Of a DNA stretch of 64,000 nt, positions 60,401 through 64,000 are shown piece after piece. Source of the stretch: a virus; IMG/VR virus record IMGVR_UViG_3300031703_000003, positions 7,497 to 71,496 of that record; one strand, written 5' to 3'. How positions within the stretch are numbered: position 1 is the stretch's first letter; every line of letters begins with the position of its first letter. The notes beneath the pieces were generated by a model. It was not told the DNA's origin, made no database searches, and was given only the letters and a program-made list of their open reading frames with translations. Both the position numbers and the translations under genes were made by a program.

Positions 60401-62847
60401 AGGGTGTTTTAACTACAGCTATCTCAAGCGAAGCAACTACTGCTAGAGCAGCAGAAGGCGCTAATGCAACAGCTATATCTGATGAAGCAGTAACAGCTAG
60501 AGCAGCAGAAGGTGTTTTAACTACTAACGTAGCAACAAACGCAACAGCTATCTCAAATGAAGCATCACGTGCAACAGCAGCAGAAGGTGTGTTAACTACT
60601 AACGTAGCAACAAACACAACTGATATTGCTACTAACGTAACTGATATTGCTACTAACGTAACTGATATTGCTACTAATGCAACAGCAATTACATCTGAAG
60701 CAACAACAGCACGTGCAGCAGAAGGCGCAAATGCAACAGCTATCTCAAATGAAGCATCACGTGCAACAGCAGCGGAAGGCGTAAATGCAACAGCAATTAC
60801 ATCAGAAGCATCACGTGCAACAGCAGCAGAAGGTGTTTTAACTACTGATGTAGCAACAAACGCTACAGCTATTGCAGACGAAGAGATTCGTGCAACAGCA
60901 GACGCAACTACTAAAGCAGACGCCGCTCAAGTAGCAGCAATTGCATCAGCAGAAGCAAAAGACGTAGCACGTGCAGCGACTTCGGACGCAGCAGACACAG
61001 CAGAAGCTGGCACACGTTTAGCAAATGACACAACACTACAAAGCAACATTGACGCAGAAGCAATTACAGCTCGAGCAGCAGAAGTTGCAAACGCAGACGC
61101 TGTTACAGCAGAAGCAAGCACAGCACGTTCAGCAGAACTAGCTAATGCAAATGCAACGGCAGCTAACTTAGTTGAAATTACAGCTACACAAGCAGGCGCA
61201 GGTTTATCTGCAACTGGTACGTATGTTGCTCCAACTACATCAAACTTCCATAATACAGCATCATCTCTAGCAGACGCTGACATGAAGATTGACGCAGCAG
61301 TTAAAGCAGAAGAAGTTGCACGTATTGCAGCAGACTCAACTCTAACAGCTAATTTAACAGCAGAAGCAACAACAGCACGTGCAGCAGAATCAGCTAACGC
61401 AACTAACATTGCAAGCGAAGCAACACGCGCAGGCGCAGCAGAAGTAGTTAACGCAAATGCAATTAGTGGTGTAGCAGCAGATCTAGTAACAGAAGCGGCA
61501 ACACGCCTAGCAGATGATACTACTCTACAAACTAACATTAACACTTTATCAGCTACAGTAGCTAACGTGATCAGCAACGTTGACGCAGCTTCTTTAGACT
61601 CACTAAGTGAAATTGTTACTGCATTCCAAAACGCAGACGGTACTTTAACTGGAGCAGTTGCAGCTAACGTTACAGCTATTTCAGCAGAAGAAACTCGTGC
61701 ATTAGCAGCAGAAGGCGCATTGTCAAGTGCAATAGCATCTGAAGCAGCTGATAACAATACAGACCACGCTACAGCAACAACAGATCGCGGAGCAATCCGT
61801 AGTGAATTTGCAGCAGCAGACGTAACATTACAAGCAGATATCGACACACGTTTACCACTAGCTGGTGGAACAATGTCAGGTAACGTTGCAATGGGCGGCA
61901 GCATGGTATCAGGCCTAGGCACAGCTTCACTACCAGGTGACGCAGTATCAAAGTCAGTACTAGATGCAGCAATCTCAGCACAAGATATGTCTCTTTATAC
62001 AACAGATGATCTAGCAGAAGGCACGTCACTTTACTTCACAGACGCAAGAGCACGTTCAGCACTAAGTGTTGTTGACACAGCAGGCGCAGGCTTAGCAACA
62101 TACGATTCAGCAACAGGTGTTATCACTATTGACACTAACGAATCAGTTCTAGACTTAACAGATGTATCAGATACTGATTACACTGGCAAAGCAGAATATG
62201 TATTAGCAGTTAAGCAAGACTTATCAGGTATGGAACTTGTTGACCCACTTACAATCTTTGTAACATCAGGTCGTCAAACTATCCCAGGTGATGGAGTAGC
62301 AACAACGTACTCACTAACTATTAATGCTACGCAAACATCAGCTTTGGTATTTGTAGGCGGTGTTATACAAGATCCTGCAACTCACTATACTATCAATGAT
62401 GCAGCAGCAACAATTACTTTCGTATCAGCTGTTCCAGTTGACACACAGATAGTTGTAATTGCTCCAACAGCTGGACTAGATCCAACGTTAATTGATGGTC
62501 AAGTTACTAAAGAGAAGCTAGCAGCAGACATTAAAGCATATGTGCAGAAATCAGCAGTATCAGCTACAGGTTCAACTGTAACAGATACGTTTGACGGAAC
62601 AGCATATCGTTCAGCTAAGTATGTTATCCAAGTGGATGACGGAGCTGGCAATTATGAAACACGTGAAGCACTAGTAGTACATGATGGCACAACAGCTTAT
62701 ATCACTGAATTCGCTATGGTTTATACCGGATCTGATTTAATTGGTGATGCAAGTGTGAATATGAATGGCAACAATGTTGAACTTACATATACACCTACAT
62801 CAGGTACAGCAACAGTGAAGGTTATTGCAACTTACATTGATGTGTAA
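57403..62847 (+). CDS. Long fibre-like protein with Ala/Thr-rich coiled-coil repeats
   Basis: AI..EATRA.AAE repeats, four LDSL.EIV..F nodes, TTDDL.EG..YFT x2, C-terminal YRSAKYVIQV domain; GGAG RBS. Confidence 0.75.
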   Translation: MAFRQIKAPALGTGSVIVGKLAPSSVSGQTGAGSVASLDTFLLHSASSDALLKVTAADLIGSYTTDDLLEGANKYFTNALAKAAVVTDIADAVSAEAVIARAAEVANTNAISAEATRATAAEGVNATATSDEATRATGRENAIETAYQLADTNIQSQIDNILTNVDPAALDSLSEIVAEFQTQDSALSSSITANANAIAAEVTARATADASLADDIAAEAVTARAAEGANATAITSEAATRLADDNALAARATAVEGDIVTLNSGLASEIATTGSEIATLQSDLATEVSRATGSESANATAIASEATARANADTSVRTDFATADAAVTTAMQTYADAAEADAIASAEAKDVTRAATASADATAKADSAQAAAEATASADATAKADSAQAAAEATASADATAKVLAETTRAGLAEVANADAVTAEATTRSAADVTLQDNIDTLETTVNNVISNVDAASLDSLTEIVSAFETADTAHTAAINAAATDRALIRTEVGISEGAITTALNAEIATTGGEIAALVAADTAESANRVSGDAASVATAALDATAKADQAVVDAEAKDVTRAATASADATTKANAAQAAAEATASADATTKADSAEADAIASAEAKDVARAVTSDAADDALSLRATALEGEMDAVEADIATNVAAISQEVSDRAAADLTLTNGLSAEATTARAAELANANDISAETTRATAAEGVNATNIASEVTRATAKDGVHDTAIATNVSDIATNAAAITAETGRATSAEGVNATAISDEASRATAAEGVNATAISDEASRATAAEGVNATAISSEATTARSAESANATAISSEATTARAAEGVLTTDVATNATAISNEAATARAAEGVNATAISSEATTARAAESANATAISNEATRATGIEASLRTDVDTNLASINNIISNTDSAALDSLTEIVTAFQGADSTINGAITALAATASTDRAAIRTEFATADGVLTTAISSEATTARAAELANANAITAETGRATSAEGVLTTAISSEATTARAAEGVLTTAISSEATTARAAEGANATAISDEAVTARAAEGVLTTNVATNATAISNEASRATAAEGVLTTNVATNTTDIATNVTDIATNVTDIATNATAITSEATTARAAEGANATAISNEASRATAAEGVNATAITSEASRATAAEGVLTTDVATNATAIADEEIRATADATTKADAAQVAAIASAEAKDVARAATSDAADTAEAGTRLANDTTLQSNIDAEAITARAAEVANADAVTAEASTARSAELANANATAANLVEITATQAGAGLSATGTYVAPTTSNFHNTASSLADADMKIDAAVKAEEVARIAADSTLTANLTAEATTARAAESANATNIASEATRAGAAEVVNANAISGVAADLVTEAATRLADDTTLQTNINTLSATVANVISNVDAASLDSLSEIVTAFQNADGTLTGAVAANVTAISAEETRALAAEGALSSAIASEAADNNTDHATATTDRGAIRSEFAAADVTLQADIDTRLPLAGGTMSGNVAMGGSMVSGLGTASLPGDAVSKSVLDAAISAQDMSLYTTDDLAEGTSLYFTDARARSALSVVDTAGAGLATYDSATGVITIDTNESVLDLTDVSDTDYTGKAEYVLAVKQDLSGMELVDPLTIFVTSGRQTIPGDGVATTYSLTINATQTSALVFVGGVIQDPATHYTINDAAATITFVSAVPVDTQIVVIAPTAGLDPTLIDGQVTKEKLAADIKAYVQKSAVSATGSTVTDTFDGTAYRSAKYVIQVDDGAGNYETREALVVHDGTTAYITEFAMVYTGSDLIGDASVNMNGNNVELTYTPTSGTATVKVIATYIDV
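58464..58609 (+). repeat. 57-bp exact tandem repeat, about 2.6 copies, in the fibre gene
   Basis: Units start at 58464, 58521 and 58578. Confidence 0.9.
59627..59766 (+). repeat. 54-bp exact tandem repeat, about 2.6 copies, in the fibre gene
   Basis: Units start at 59627, 59681 and 59735. Confidence 0.9.
60619..60677 (+). repeat. 21-bp tandem repeat, about 3 copies (TDIATNV heptad)
   Basis: ACTGATATTGCTACTAACGTA at 60619 and 60640, partial at 60661. Confidence 0.9.
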
Positions 62848-63001
62848 TGTAAACTAAAAAACTAGGGTGTGGCAATGATGCTGCACCCGACATACCTGCT
62901 TTAATATGTAAATATAAAAGCAGTTAATATGGGAAAATTAATGGTAAATACATTACTACTCAATGTAGATTACTTTTTTCGCGAAAAAGGAAAATTAAAT
63001 T

Positions 63002-64000
63002 ATGGCACAGAAAAAATTTATAATCGACGGTGGATTCCAAACTAATGCTGATTCAGTACTAGCTGGCAATCTATCAATGACGGGTTCAATCATCCCGACA
63101 ATTGATTCAAATGGTACAACAGGTTTCGACCTTGGTTCGCCATCAATGAAGTGGCGCGACCTTTATCTGTCGCAAGGTTCACTATACATTGACGGACAAA
63201 AGGTTATCGAATCTGACGCTGGTACGATTGTTGTACAAGCAGATGCAGGTCAGTCATTAACAACTAAAGTTTCAGGACTTGGTGTAATGACACTGTCGTC
63301 AGCTACAACAGTTAATATGGCAGCAACATTACAAATGCAGCCAGGTAAGAAGATTACTGACTCTGCAGGAAATGCAGTAACGTTTGGTGATAAAGTTGAC
63401 ATGGACAACAACCAAATCATCAATGTAGCAGCACCAACAGCAGACGGTCATGCAGCAAACAAAACATATGTTGACTCAGCAGTTAGTGACATACTTGGCG
63501 GAGCACCTGGTGCATTAGATACACTTAATGAACTAGCAGCAGCATTGTCAAATGATGCAAATTATGCAACTACTATAACAACTGCACTAGCTTTAAAAGC
63601 AACTACAGTTTATCTTGATGCGCAGGTTGCATTAACAGAAACATTTGCTACAGACCAAGCAACTACTAAAGCTACAGCAGCACAAAACGCAGCAGCAACA
63701 GATGCAACTACTAAGGCTAACACAGCAGAAGCAGACGCAATTGCAACAGCAGCATCAGATGCAACTATTAAAGCTAACTCAGCTGAATCTAGCGCAGCAA
63801 CAGATGCAACTACTAAAGCTAACGCGGCACAGGCAGCAGCAGCAACAGATGCAACTACTAAAGCAAATGCAGTATTAGCAACAGCAGCAACCGATGCAAC
63901 TACTAAAGCTAACACAGCAATCAGTACAGCAAGTGCAGACGCAACAGCTAAAGCTACAGCAGCAACTAACACAGCAAGTGCAGACGCAACTACTAAAGCT
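63002..64000 (+). CDS. Second fibre-like Ala/Thr-rich protein (partial, runs off window end; not in ORF track)
   Basis: Manual translation MAQKKFIIDGGFQTNADS...DLGSPSMKWRDLYLS...GAPGALDTLNELAAAL...ATDATTKAN repeats; AAGGA RBS. Confidence 0.8.
   Translation, partial: MAQKKFIIDGGFQTNADSVLAGNLSMTGSIIPTIDSNGTTGFDLGSPSMKWRDLYLSQGSLYIDGQKVIESDAGTIVVQADAGQSLTTKVSGLGVMTLSSATTVNMAATLQMQPGKKITDSAGNAVTFGDKVDMDNNQIINVAAPTADGHAANKTYVDSAVSDILGGAPGALDTLNELAAALSNDANYATTITTALALKATTVYLDAQVALTETFATDQATTKATAAQNAAATDATTKANTAEADAIATAASDATIKANSAESSAATDATTKANAAQAAAATDATTKANAVLATAATDATTKANTAISTASADATAKATAATNTASADATTKA

Noticed and set aside
57843-63972. Long antisense ORFs (59346-60617, 60927-61922 and others)
   Set aside because: These are shadows of GCA/ACA-rich repetitive sense codons, with no RBS or motifs.
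57403-64000. Diversity-generating retroelement acting on fibre genes
   Set aside because: No reverse transcriptase in the window and no TR/VR pair with adenine-specific mismatches; the repeats are tandem coding repeats.
1-64000. Stop-codon reassignment, as in some large phages
   Set aside because: Core genes are full length in code 11, and TAA, TAG and TGA all serve as genuine stops.

Overview
AT-rich segment of a large T4-like myovirus genome (Caudoviricetes) in the standard genetic code. From left to right: (i) 1-13.3 kb, an accessory cluster of radical-SAM, glycosyltransferase-like, epimerase, nucleotidyltransferase-cupin and redoxin genes; (ii) 13.3-35.6 kb, a minus-strand baseplate/tail module (3407-aa wedge protein; gp6-, gp25-, gp5-, gp27-, gp53-like genes; HNH nuclease; degenerate lysozyme); (iii) gp55-like late sigma, gp47/gp46 and a GIY-YIG nuclease, then a ~650-bp ORF-free region with tandem repeats and a densely base-paired putative RNA; (iv) a gp26-like hub/chaperone gene with an apparent programmed -1 frameshift, divergent from two paralogous tape-measure-like lysins (GH19 and M15); (v) the head module gp20-gp21-gp22-gp23; (vi) fibre genes with Ala/Thr-rich coiled-coil repeats. 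The best leads are the structured non-coding locus beside the GIY-YIG gene, the -1 frameshift, and apparently leaderless late transcripts (ATAAATA-N5-ATG). All product calls come from motif recognition by eye; no searches or folding programs were run.
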